Shown in pieces: positions 52,984 through 64,000 of a stretch of DNA of 64,000 bases. Position numbers and translations under genes: made by a program. The notes beneath the pieces were generated by a model. The model was not told the origin of the DNA. It searched no databases and was given only the letters and a program-made list of their open reading frames with translations. Each line of letters starts with the position of its first letter. Positions within the stretch are counted from its first letter, which is position 1. Origin of the DNA: Carcharhinus longimanus (taxonomy: Eukaryota); the NCBI GenBank assembly GCA_030264375.1, contig JASCQW010000109.1, positions 69,119,362-69,183,361 of the forward strand, written 5' to 3'.

Positions 52984-53640
52984 CACCACTACAACCTCCT
53001 GTCTCACTTTGTTCACGAAAATTAGGTCCAGCACTGCACTGTCCCTTGTTGGAGCAGCCGCATATTGACCTAAAAAGGTTATCCTGTGCACTTTTCTAGA
53101 AAACCACAACCCAAACTTTTAGCACTATGTTTAAGCTAATTAAAGTTGGGAAAGTTGAACTCGCCTATTATAGTTATCCTGTTGGTAATGTTTTTACACA
53201 CCTCCATGAATTGTGCTCACATTTGCTCCGCAATTCCCATCTGACCAACTGGAGTTCAATGATGAATACCTAGCAATGTGACTGTCCATTTTTTATTCTT
53301 AAACTGTATCCACAAAAACTCATTTGATGCCACTTCCAAGCTGCAAACTTTCCTTCGTGCAATAACTGACTCCTTAACTAGTAATGCAATGTCTCTTCCT
53401 CTATTACACTCTCCCCTGTTTCTCCTGAATATTTTACATCCGAAAATATTGAGCTGCCAATCCTGCACTGCCCCCCACTCCACACCTCCCGCCCCCGCCC
53501 TCAACGTCGTCGCTGCGATGGTTACTATATCAAAATTCCATCTTTCAATCCGTGCTTTAGTTCATCATTTTATCTGTAACACTCCTGCTATTTAAGTAGA
53601 GGCCCACCAGCCTTGCCTTTCTCCCTTGAAACATCCCTCT
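50725..53640 (-). mobile_element. Near-complete but decayed CR1-like LINE ORF2
   Basis: The minus strand gives endonuclease-like 'QDWQLNIFGCKIFRRNR...GRDIALLVKE' and 'PTRDSAVLDLIF', and 'KSREPWMTRDVQ'. The tail is at ~50725. Absent from the paralogous flank near 58330. Confidence 0.85.
52927..52982 (+). repeat. (CA)28 microsatellite
   Basis: Perfect CA dinucleotide run. Confidence 0.98.
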
Positions 53641-55439
53641 GACTTGATTGCTTTACTCTATTATGCTGTGTTCCTATTCTGCAAACAGTCTGTCTCCTGC
53701 TTCATGCAAGATCTCAGTAATGTGGATACTAAATACTTTAAACTGTTTACTCTTTCAATATCTAACATTTTGTTGTTAGCTGTCATCAGGCTCAAGAGTT
53801 GTCTTGTGGGCATTCCAGATATTCATTAATTAAAACTGAGCTAGAGTGAGTACAATTTACAAGTGTATTTTAAAGCAAAACTCGTGGCAAAAATTAAGAC
53901 TTTTGAATTAATCAGACAGTTTATATATACAAGATTTCAGCTGAAAGATATGTCTGTAATTGAGGCAGTTCCTCATCAACTAGACTACTCTGTAGCAAAA
54001 GGCATATATTGAAAATATATTCGACTAAACTAAAGTCCATAGTATCTTGTTCACTGCAGTTATGGAGATAGTATCATTTTATTTTTAAAACTATTTTCTT
54101 TCCATTAATTATGCCTCAGTTTTGTATTATTCATGGTATTAAGTTAAGTAACTTAAATAGACATGATTGGTTACCATGCTTATATTCTGGGGATATAATT
54201 GGAAATTTGACATGCCAACAATCAGCTGGAATGTGAGAATGGACGTAGCAACAGTGAAGTTATGTTTATTAGTTTAAAACTTTCCCTTGGAATAATACAC
54301 CTGATTAAGATACACAGCCAAATAGGAGATAAAAGTAGGCTAAATATCATGCAATAAGCTGCTGGAACAATTTACCGTGAGACATCAGATCAGAAATAAT
54401 TTCCACAATTGGTAAAGTTTCTCATCGTTCCTGAGAGAAGAGGGCTAAACAAATTTGTGCTGAGGGACATCAGACGAAACGAACTTTTACAATGAAGAGT
54501 ACACAGTAAAAGTGAAACAATACGATTACTTGTTTACTTTTATTATACTGGGGGGAAAACGCAGTAGATAATAATTGCCTACGTCTCTGGCGTTACAATG
54601 TGCATTGACAACTAATAATTTTACTGTCGCCTTCCTCCATTTCCAACAGTTACAGAGGAAGTATACTAAGTATAACAGCTCATTCTTCATGCGCCACAAT
54701 TAGATTCAGTTGACTTTCCTCTTTGGCATCTGTTTTAACTTCAGAATTGGGGAAAACTATTACTTCCTCCTACACGATGAAACATATTTCCAAACATTCC
54801 ACCCATTTCAGTGCGACACTTGCACTATCTTCTATCTTGCAATTTTTTTTAACTAAATTGATGTTTTGTCCATATTAAGAAAACTCAGTATAATTTAAGC
54901 GACAACATCTTTGGGATCTCAATTTTTTACCCTATTGTAATCCTGATATTATTTTGCTCAATAAGATCAATTACCCTCTGATCTTTTTTACTTATTCAAT
55001 TAAGTTTCTGGAGCAGTACTATAGTTTCAAAAGATTAAAGATTTTGAAAGTGATAAGGACAAGAACTTGTGAAGACATGAGAATGAGGTTTTAATTGTGA
55101 AGCATTTGTCACAACAAACCAGCAAAGCTCAGTTTGTGACTGATGAGGAATTGGGACTTGGTGCAAAATAAGATCTGGGCTATAGCATTGTGGGTCAGTT
55201 TAAGTTTATGTTTCAGGGTTGCCAGGAAAGCATAGGCAAAGCTCATGCAAAGTGTGAGAAAATGAAGGTTTCAGTGGACTGAGGAAGAAGCAAAGGCGGC
55301 TGATGGAGTTATCCTGGAGGTGCAAAAAATAATCATTGTGATATAGAGGGTATGAAATTGGAAACTGATGTGCATATCAGATATGTTGCAAACCGGCCTT
55401 CATGGGCTGAGACGGTGGCCATAAACAGGAAAAGAAAGT

Positions 55440-56290
55440 GTCTTGAAGCAATCCGTTTGTGTATGCAGCAAGACATGGACAATATTAAACTGCATGCTGA
55501 ATGGTGGCGCGTAACCACACCAGTCACACCAGTGTTACTCAAAGACCATCGCCAACAAGAGAGAATCAAACAATTTCTCCTTGACATTCAATGGCAATAT
55601 CCTCGGTGAGTCCCTCACTATCACATCTTGGGAGTTGCTATTAACCAGAAATTGAACTGGACTGGCCATATATATGTAATTACTGTAGTTACAAGAACAG
55701 TTCGGAGGCTGGGAATTCGCAGAGTAACTCACTGGCAGACTTCCAAAAAGCATGTGCATAATCTAAAAGACACAAATCAAGACTGTTGTGGAATACTCTC
55801 CACTTGTCTGGAGGGAACAGCTCCAACAACACTCACGCACCTGTAGCTACCCAGAACAACTAATCCTGGTTGACTGGCACTCCAACCACGGTATTAAAAT
55901 CCACCACGGAAGCATAGTGGTAACAATGTGCGCCATCTACTGGCTGCACTGCAGAAACTCATCAAGGTTCCTTCGACAGCACCTTCCAAAACAAGAGTTG
56001 TGCATGATGATAATCGGGACTACGTGCAAAGAGGACCTCTGCCGCCTCGGAGCGCGAGGGCAACCAGGGAACATGGGGGCATCATGCACGGGAATATCAG
56101 TCCTACTCCAAGCCATACATCATCTTGACTCGGAATTATATCGCTGTTCCTGCCCTGTTGCTGTGTCAAAATCCTGCAAATGCCACCCTACATCATTGTA
56201 GTTGTATCCATGCCATGTGAACTGCAGCGGTTAAAAATGGCAGCTAGCCACCTCATTCTCAATGGTAATTATGAATAAATAATAATTTCT
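55440..56290 (+). mobile_element. L2/CR1-type LINE 3' fragment
   Basis: RT C-terminal-like sequence ('MQQDMDNIK', 'LGVAINQKLNWTGHI', 'MEYSPLVW'), followed by a 3' UTR. Confidence 0.65.
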
Positions 56291-57231
56291 GTCCCTCATC
56301 CTACAAATTAAGTCAGACTAGCTGGTTTTAGTATGAATCCATGGGGCTTTTCAAAGGCGAAAGAGAATTTCTACCAATGGACGTCGTTAATATGTACCAC
56401 TCAAAAAAAAAAGGCTGTTTTTTTCGTTCTTTTTTAACTTGTCTTTACTCCTTTCATACTGGATGAAATCTTGTGCACTTTAAGGCACAGTTGAGGGTCA
56501 AGTAAATATTGGGTTCTGACTCTGCAGTGACTATTGGGCACACCCATCTGGAAATCTTGCTGAGGATTGAAAGACCACCTCCGTGTTTGTCGTCCATTTA
56601 AGAATGACAAGTAGGTTCCTGACTCTGCAAACAAGATTAGAGTTGGGTTCAGGCATTGTCTCGGTGTGAACGTGAGCCTTCTCCATCTCCAGGTCTTTGG
56701 AGGGGGTACGATTTATTTAAGCAACAATTATCACAGCTCTGAGGTTAACCATGTGAAAGGGAAGCTCCTCGAAAGGTCACCTGCCCACCGCAGCGGTGGC
56801 CCATTAGTGGGCGCGGATCCAGTGAGCCCAGAAGGAAGAGTGCTGGTGATTGTAGGCAACCTTCAACATTTCCAGTCAGTTACATGAAAATTACCTCTCG
56901 CCTCTGCCATTTGTCATCCGTTTCAGGTTGCCTGAAGCGAAGAAGTCTATTGAATTGGCGCGAACCTCTGTGAAATCCCTCCCACCTAAAATGCGCAATG
57001 TAAATGGAAGATTTCCTTTTTTTTTCTGTTGATGCGAGTTGGTTCCCCGCGTAAAGTGGGCCCATTGCAAGTATGATATTTCCGGGCAATTGTTCGTCAT
57101 TTAGACCACTAAATTCTCCAGGGAGGCAGTGNNNNNNNNNNNNNNNNNNNNNNNNNNNNNNNNNNNNNNNNNNNNNNNNNNNNNNNNNNNNNNNNNNNNN
57201 NNNNNNNNNNNNNNNNNNNNNNNNNNNNNNN

Positions 57232-58061
57232 TTATTCTCGATCAGAATGACAACTATCCTGTCATTACTACACCTAGCGCAGTGAACCACAGTAAGACGG
57301 TTGTTCCTCGATCTGCAGAGCCAGGATCTTTGGTAATGAAGATAATTGCTTCTGATGCTGATTCTGGACAGAATGCACGGCTCTCTTATCAAATCCTGCA
57401 AGCCACCGACCCAGGACTATTTAGAGTTACACCAACCTCGGGAGAAATTAGAAGTATTCGCCGATTTAAGGATAGTGACGGCGTCACACAAAGACTGGTC
57501 ATCCAGGTAAAGGACAATGGACACCCTCCTCTCTCCGCCAGTACAACGATTACACTCACTATAATTGAACAGGATGAACAAATTCGGTCAGAGGTTCAGG
57601 ATCCTCACCGAGATGTGCAGCAATCTTCCGATTTGGCATTTTATATAATAATTTCCTTGGGAATAATATCTTTTTTACTTCTTATTATAATAATTGTCCT
57701 TGTTATTGTCATTTGCCCAAGCGAAAGACAATCTGGCCGCACTGGGAATTGTTTTCTTACCAATTGTTGCTGTGCCAGAGAATTAGAGGCCAAAGCGAGA
57801 GTGCAGAATTCGCATGCCAACCTTCAGGTTGTACCAGACTCCACATTGATTACTAACGTCCTTGAGGTTCGAGGAAACGGGTCTCTTTCAGAACCATACC
57901 GTTACAAAATTCGATCAGCACCAGAGGCAACCAAAATGGAATTGATGTATTTCGCTCCAGTCAGTCCAACAACTTCTGGGTCTTCTAGGAAGAATAATAG
58001 AACATGCCTCTCAGAACAATCTGAAAGCTTAACGAAAAGCCGGCCGTATTTTTCTGGTGAG
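57232..58061 (+). CDS. Protocadherin variable exon, 3' fragment (end of EC5, EC6, TM, cytoplasmic segment); 5' part lost in a gap
   Basis: Open frame ILDQNDNYPVI...FYIIISLGIISFLLLIIIIVLVIVIC...PYFSGE, highly similar to 49612-50438. Donor GAG|GTGAGT at 58062. Confidence 0.93.
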
Positions 58062-59694
58062 GTGAGTATCACACGTCTCAGTAAAGAAAACAATATTGGA
58101 AGATTATAGCTTGAGGACCAGCACCTGGAAGAAACAGATAACCTAAAGTTCAGGTGCTGATCCAGCTGTTTTGGATTTCCAGCATTTTCTATTTTTGTCC
58201 CAGTTTGTTCTATCAAAACCCTCAATATATCGTTTCTTACTACGTTGCACGTTAACCAACATCGTTTTTGCCAAAAAGCAATCCACTTACGTTTCATAAG
58301 GAATTAATGCAATGTCAAATATTAGGCTTTACTGTGAATAATTAGTACTCTCATCTGTTTCTTTTTTTCCAATATCTAACATTTTGTTGTAGTCATTGAA
58401 TCATGCAGCACAGAAAATGCCCTTGAGCCTGCACATGCATAAACTGCCACAAAATATCACACTAATTCCACTTTCCAGGAATTTTCCCATATCCTTGAAT
58501 GTTGACATTTCAAGTGCTCATCTAAATACTTTTTAACGGTTGTAAGTTTTCCGGCCTCCCCTACCATCCCATGTCGTGCATTGCAGATTCCCACCACCCT
58601 CTGAGTGAAGGAATGTTTCCTCAAATTACCTCAGAATCTCCTGCCCCTCACCCTAAAGCTTTGTCCCCTCGTGGTAGTCCTCTTTACCAAGGGAAACAGC
58701 TACTGCCTACTCAGGGTGTCCAAGCCCCTCATGTTATGTTAACAATCATCAAATTCAATCACTATCTTATGGAAATCCCAGATATTAATTAATGCTGAGC
58801 TAGAACGAAGGCAATTACCTGGTATACTCTAAAGCATAATTTGTGGTATACAATTAAGACTTATAAAATAATCAAACACTTTATCTATTCATAGATTTCA
58901 ACCGTTAGATATATCTTGTAATTTTGCCAGTTCCTTGTCAGCTAGACCACGCAGCAGCAAAATATATATTCTGGAAATGGATTTGGCTACATTCAATTTC
59001 ATCGTACCTTGTTTATGTAGTTGCCTACCATGCTTATATTCTGTCGATGTGATTGGAATTTCAACATGCCCACAATATGTTGGAAGGTCATAATGGGAGC
59101 AACAGCAGTGATTGTTTGTTTGTAAATGTGATACTGTACATTTACATAATCTGCGTGATCAAGGAGCACAGACAGGAGAGATAAAACTGAACTAAATAGG
59201 ACGCCATACGTTGCTGGAAATTTTTACTCAAGGACTCCAAAGTCACTTCCAGAATGTTGCAAAGTTTCTCATCCTTGCTTCCAGAGAAGCAGAGGAAGGC
59301 TGCACATTCATTTTTACGAGTGAAAATGCTAGGGAATATCAGACGAAAATAACATGGATCAACCAAACATTTAGAAGGAAAGGTAAACATTAAAAGTCAA
59401 ACTTTTACAATTATTCATTTACATTTATGATGTGGAGTGGCGGGGCGGGGNNNNNNNNNNNNNNNNNNNNNNNNNNNNNNNNNNNNNNNNNNNNNNNNNN
59501 NNNNNNNNNNNNNNNNNNNNNNNNNNNNNNNNNNNNNNNNNNNNNNNNNNGTGGGGGTGGGGGGAGGCGGGGAGAAGGTGGGATGCAGTCGATTGTAAGT
59601 GTCTACATCACTGACACTGCAATTTGCACTGGTAACCAAATAGTTTCACTGTGGCCTTCTTCCATTTCCAACAATTGCAGGGGAAATATAATGA

Positions 59695-60425
59695 AAACAC
59701 AGAAATATAGAAGATTGGATCAGGAGGAGGCCATTTGACCCTTTCTGCCATTCATTACAATATTGGCTCAATAGCCTAATGCAGCTCAATAGCCTAATCC
59801 TGCATTTTCTCCATAAGCCTTGATCCCATTCACCCCAAGTGTTATGTCCAACCGTCTCTTGAATGTGTTCAATGTTTTGGCATCAACAACTTCCTGTGGT
59901 AATGAATTTCACAAGCTCAGCATTCTTTGAGTGAAGAAATGTCTCCTCACCTCCGTCTGAAGTGGCCCTGAATCCTCAGACTGTGACACCTGTTGCGAGA
60001 CTCCCCCACCATCGGGTATAGCGTGCCTGAACGTACCCTGTCTAATCCTGTTAGAATATTATCAGTCTCAATAAGATATCCCCTCATTCATTTGAACTCC
60101 TGCAAAAATAATCTAAATCTAATCAATCTTTCCTCATACATCAATCACGCCATTCCAATGAATCAGCTTCGTAAACATTCACGACACTCTCGCGAGAGCA
60201 AGAACAGCCACCCTCAAGAAAACGAGACAAAAACTGCGCACAATACTCTCGGTGTGGCTTCACCAAAGCCCTGTATAATTGCGACAACACATCCCTGCTC
60301 CTACAGTCGAAACCTCTCACAATGAAGGCCAACATGCCATTAGCCTTCTTTATCTCCTGCTGCATCTGCATGCTTACCTTCAGTGGCTGGTGCACACTCC
60401 CCTCTCCCAATTTACAGCCATTCAG
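59695..60425 (-). mobile_element. CR1-like LINE 3' fragment
   Basis: Minus-strand 'QQEIKKANGMLAFIVRGFDCRSRDVLSQLYRALVKPHREYCAQF'. Confidence 0.85.
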
Positions 60426-61276
60426 CTAATAGAAGTATGTTTTACTCTTGCCTCACTTGCCTTTATGAAGCCTCATACCAGCAGTGCATTCTTTCAGTGC
60501 CAGGCATTAGATTCAGTTAACTTTCCTCTTGTGACTTCTATATTTTCCATCAGAGTTGGGGCAAACGATAACTTTATTTCCACCTACACGATTAAACATA
60601 TTTCCAAACATTCCTTTCAGTTCATATAGAGCATCATGTGTACCTTCTTCAATCTTGTAAATTATTATCTAACTAAATTGATGCCTTATCTACATCTGGG
60701 AAAACGAAATATAATTTTAGTGACAACATGTTTGGGATCTCAATTTTATCCACCCAATTGTAATCCTGATATCTCTTTCGCCAGTAACAACAATTACTCT
60801 GCACCTTTTCATTTATTCAGTGAAATTTTGGGAGGAATAGTGCAGTTTCAAAGGACTGAAGAGTTTGAAAGATGTGCAAAAGATTACAACAGGTGAAGAC
60901 ATTAGAATGAGGCTTTAATTGTGAAATCTTGGTCACCGGATATTAACATAGCTCAGATTGTGTGGAATGGGTAATTGGGAGCTAGTGCAAAATTGGATAT
61001 GGGCTATCGCATTATGGATCGGTTTAAGTTTAGGTTTCAGGGCCAAGGAGGCATAAAGAGCTCATTTAAAATATGACAAAATCACGGATAAAGGTTTCAA
61101 TTGACTGAATTAGAAGCAGATGCAGCTACTGGAGTGGTCCTGGAGTTGAAAATAAGCCAGTAATTGTGATACAGAAAATATAAAACTCGAAACTACTGTG
61201 AATGCCAGATAAGTTTTAAACTGTCGTGCATGGGCTGAAATGATGGCGAGATAGATAAAGAATATGTTTGAACTCG

Positions 61277-61450
61277 TAAGAAGTCTTACAATACCGGGTT
61301 AAAGTTCAACAGGTTTTTTTGGATCATGAACTTTCAGAGCGCTGCTCCTTCATCAGGTGAGTCATCTGATAAAGAAGCAGTGCTGAAAAACCTCGTGATT
61401 CCAAATAAATTGGTTGGACTTTAACCTGGTTTTGTGAAATTTTTAACTGT
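61277..61450. repeat. Head-to-head (palindromic) Penelope-like terminal repeats
   Basis: ...gctgctccttcatcaggtga|gtcatctgataaagaagcagtgc... The arms are about 85 bp, centred near 61361. Confidence 0.75.
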
Positions 61451-61512
61451 GCCCAACCCAGTCAAACATTGGCATCACCACGTCATGATTCAAGATGGCA
61501 GCTCGCCACCAC

Positions 61513-61825
61513 ATAGGTTTCCTACAGTGCAGAAGGAGGCCATTCAGCCCATCGAGTCTGCACCGACCACAACACTACCCAGGCATTATTCCTCTAACCT
61601 CACATAATTACCCTGCTAATTCCCCTGACACTGGTGTTAATTTGGCATGGCCAATCAACGTTACCCACGCATCTTTGGATTGAGGAGGGAAACTGGAGCA
61701 TCTGGAGAAAATCCACGCAGACACCGAGAGAGCATGCAAACTCCACACCGGCTGTGGCCCGGGGCTGAAATTAAAGCTGGGTCCCTGGCACTGTGAGGCA
61801 GCAGTGCCAACCACTCTGTCGCCAC
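61513..61825 (-). mobile_element. HE1/V-SINE-like SINE
   Basis: Reverse complement of the 44907-45235 family (tail cagtgcagaaggaggccattcagcccatcgagtctgcac). Confidence 0.8.
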
Positions 61826-63565
61826 ATCACACCTATTCTTAAGGGTGAATTATAGATGGGTAACAAATGCTGCTCTAGCATCCCACGAATGAATCAAAAA
61901 CAAATAAGTGATAAGCCTTTATAATTTACAGTGGGTTCCAGAATCGGTAGTGTTAGTATGATTCCATGGGACTATTCGGAGGAGAACAGGGGATTTCTAC
62001 TTATTGACGTGGTTAATAGGTACTCCTCAAACAGCATCAGTAGAACAGATTAGATGGTTTTTGCTCTTTCCTTTATATGTAACTTTCTTTACTCTTACCA
62101 GACGGAACAACTTTGCGGCATAGTCAAGGGTTGCCTCATTACTGGGGATTGACTCTGCAATAGTTAATGGGCACAATGGCCCGGAAATCTTCCCTGAGGC
62201 GGCCAGTGAAAAGCCCACCTCCGGACTCCCAATTAGGAATTACAGGCAGGTCCCCGAGACTGCAAACTCGATCAGAGTTGTGCTCAGGCATTATCTCGGT
62301 GGGAAAGTCTCCAGGCGTCCAATGAAAAGACTAAGATTTATTTAGGAAATACAATTGTCACAGCTCTGGAGTCGCACGTGTGGAAAGGAAGCTGTGGTCT
62401 GTTGATGGCCGCGGATCCGGTGAGGTTAGAGGGAAGCGGTGACATTGATTGGAAGAAGCCGTTCGCCAACGCCATGTATCCCATCGACTTCCTCACCGCA
62501 CCTCTGTATCCTCCACCCTTTCCAACCAGCCGGCTGTAAGCTACATCCGCTGAACTGACTCGAACTTCCGCGACATCCCTTGCGCCCCTCTCAGCCAAAC
62601 TGACAAAAATGCGCCCAAGAGCACTTAGTTGTATCACGGATGATTTTATGTTGTTCCATATTCGATATGCATCCACTGAGGTTTTAAAGGTGATTCGCGT
62701 GGGAAGAGGAACATGGTTGTAGAAGGGTAGTGTAGCAAAACTTGACCCGTTATTCCGGAGTTTGTGTGATGAGTGGGTTTCATGTCTCTTCCTTGAAGCC
62801 GTTTACTTGGAAACTTACATAACGTAGTTGATGCCATTGAAAATAGTGTGCAACTTACGCTGAGGAAGAATCACACATTTTCTGAGGAAGCTTTCAACTT
62901 AACTTTCTTTTTGAGGGCTAGTTTGAAGGGGGTAGCCAACTGTTGCATGGTAAAGAGTATTTGTTAGTAGAAATATATTCCTCCATATGATTTGCAAAAA
63001 GAATTAGAAAAGCAAAAAGTACAGCCTGATGGAGTTAAAGGTTTTTTTAAGAGTGCACAGAAGCGCTGCGTTCAAGAAAAAATCATATCAAGGAGAATAG
63101 TTCTGCGTTCTCAGTGTAATAGTACGATTAAGTTCCTTAATCAATGTGAGATCTTGTTCAAATTTTATTCCCGTATCAAATTGACAAGGAATGTCAGTAC
63201 TATCAATGTTCTAACGCAATAGTGTTACAGATCGGGTTTACAAAGCACAATCACTCCAGTAAGTATTTTGGTTTTCACTCAGGCAGCCACTTTGCTGCCA
63301 GCATACATTATGCACGGAATATTTTGGTTTCCGGCAAAGTTTATTTTAATCTCCTAAAGGAAAATAAATTAGACAAAATGTTCGGCAAAAAAAGCAAAAG
63401 AATTGTTAGCATGCAACTAAAATTACATTAACTTCGTTGGCAGATAACTTGAGCTCTCCGAAAGTGCTGACGTTGTTTCAATTAATTGTGACAAGACTAT
63501 TACAGATTCAACGTGCGAAGAAATCTTTACGCTGAGAGACGACATGACTTTTAAGAAGTGCTACG

Positions 63566-63644
63566 TGTAATTGTTAGATAAGACTCGTTGTGTCGCTGTC
63601 TACCAATGAGGAATTGAAAAATGATGAGAAATCCATCAGACGTC
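63566..63644 (+). promoter_or_regulatory. Pcdh promoter module (CSE and CCAAT; downstream box diverged)
   Basis: TGTGTCGCTGTCTACCAATGAG starting at 63589. ATCCATCA sits at the conserved offset (63631). Confidence 0.88.
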
Positions 63645-63883
63645 CCGCAGCACCGCACACAACGGTAAAGAAGAAAGAGAAAGGAAAGCAGGAAGCATAT
63701 TGCGGTTGCATCTCCAGCCATCTTTGATCTTCTTCACTTCCAGTCGCTCTACCTTAGGAGGGCATGTTATTTATCAATCCTTTGCCTTTGGACTTCGCAT
63801 TAAGACAGGCGGCTCTGAGCGATATCTTTATTTTATTAACATTTACATCACAGTGCGAATGAAAGACCGTCTTCTCACAGATA

Positions 63884-64000
63884 ATGCAAACGGTGCTTTT
63901 CATTATCTTGCTTTATGCCTGGGATTTTGTATCAGCCCAGATTCATTATATGATTCCAGAAGAATTAGAAAACGGCGCCTTTGTTGGAAACATTGCTAAG
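63884..64000 (+). CDS. Start of the next protocadherin variable exon (runs off the window; not in the ORF track)
   Basis: MQTVLFIILLYAWDFVSAQIHYMIPEELENGAFVGNIAK is a signal peptide plus the EC1 N-terminus, 290 bp downstream of a CSE. Confidence 0.9.
   Translation, partial: MQTVLFIILLYAWDFVSAQIHYMIPEELENGAFVGNIAK

Noticed and set aside
9390-63607. Recurrent 19-bp motif as a possible CRISPR-like or dispersed mobile repeat
   Set aside because: The copies are kilobases apart and always 225-290 bp upstream of a Pcdh start, so this is a promoter element in eukaryotic DNA.
63700-63999. 99-aa ORF in the track
   Set aside because: Wrong frame. The real coding frame is the Pcdh start at 63884.

Overview
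Vertebrate genomic DNA, very probably from an elasmobranch (shark-type HE1/V-SINEs and abundant CR1-like LINE relics), covering part of the variable region of a clustered protocadherin (Pcdh) locus. All Pcdh units are on the + strand. There are three complete ~2.4-2.5 kb variable exons (9634-12075, 29956-32397, 47931/47988-50438). Each encodes a signal peptide, EC1-EC6, a TM segment and a variable cytoplasmic segment, and ends in a phase-0 GT donor. Also present: two gap-truncated halves of a close paralogue (43560-43972 and 57232-58061), the start of another exon at the window end (63884-64000, missed by the ORF track), and an internally deleted mini-exon (23871-24277). Each of the six exon starts is preceded by an ungapped 79-bp promoter module: a CSE/CGCT CTCF-type site, a CCAAT box and an ATCCA(C/T)CA box. 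No constant exons are in the window. The intergenic DNA is decayed CR1/L2, RTE, Rex1, Penelope-like and Gypsy sequence plus SINEs. The most notable observations are: (1) the mini-exon keeps its promoter and splice donor and has an open alternative frame that could make an ectodomain-less, TM-less Pcdh tail; (2) contig 44073-57131 looks circularly permuted, so the 47.9 kb ORF may be a chimera of two tandem paralogues whose EC2-EC5 collapsed in assembly; (3) Penelope-type terminal repeats carry minimal hammerhead ribozyme cores. All alignments were made by eye, and repeat boundaries are approximate.
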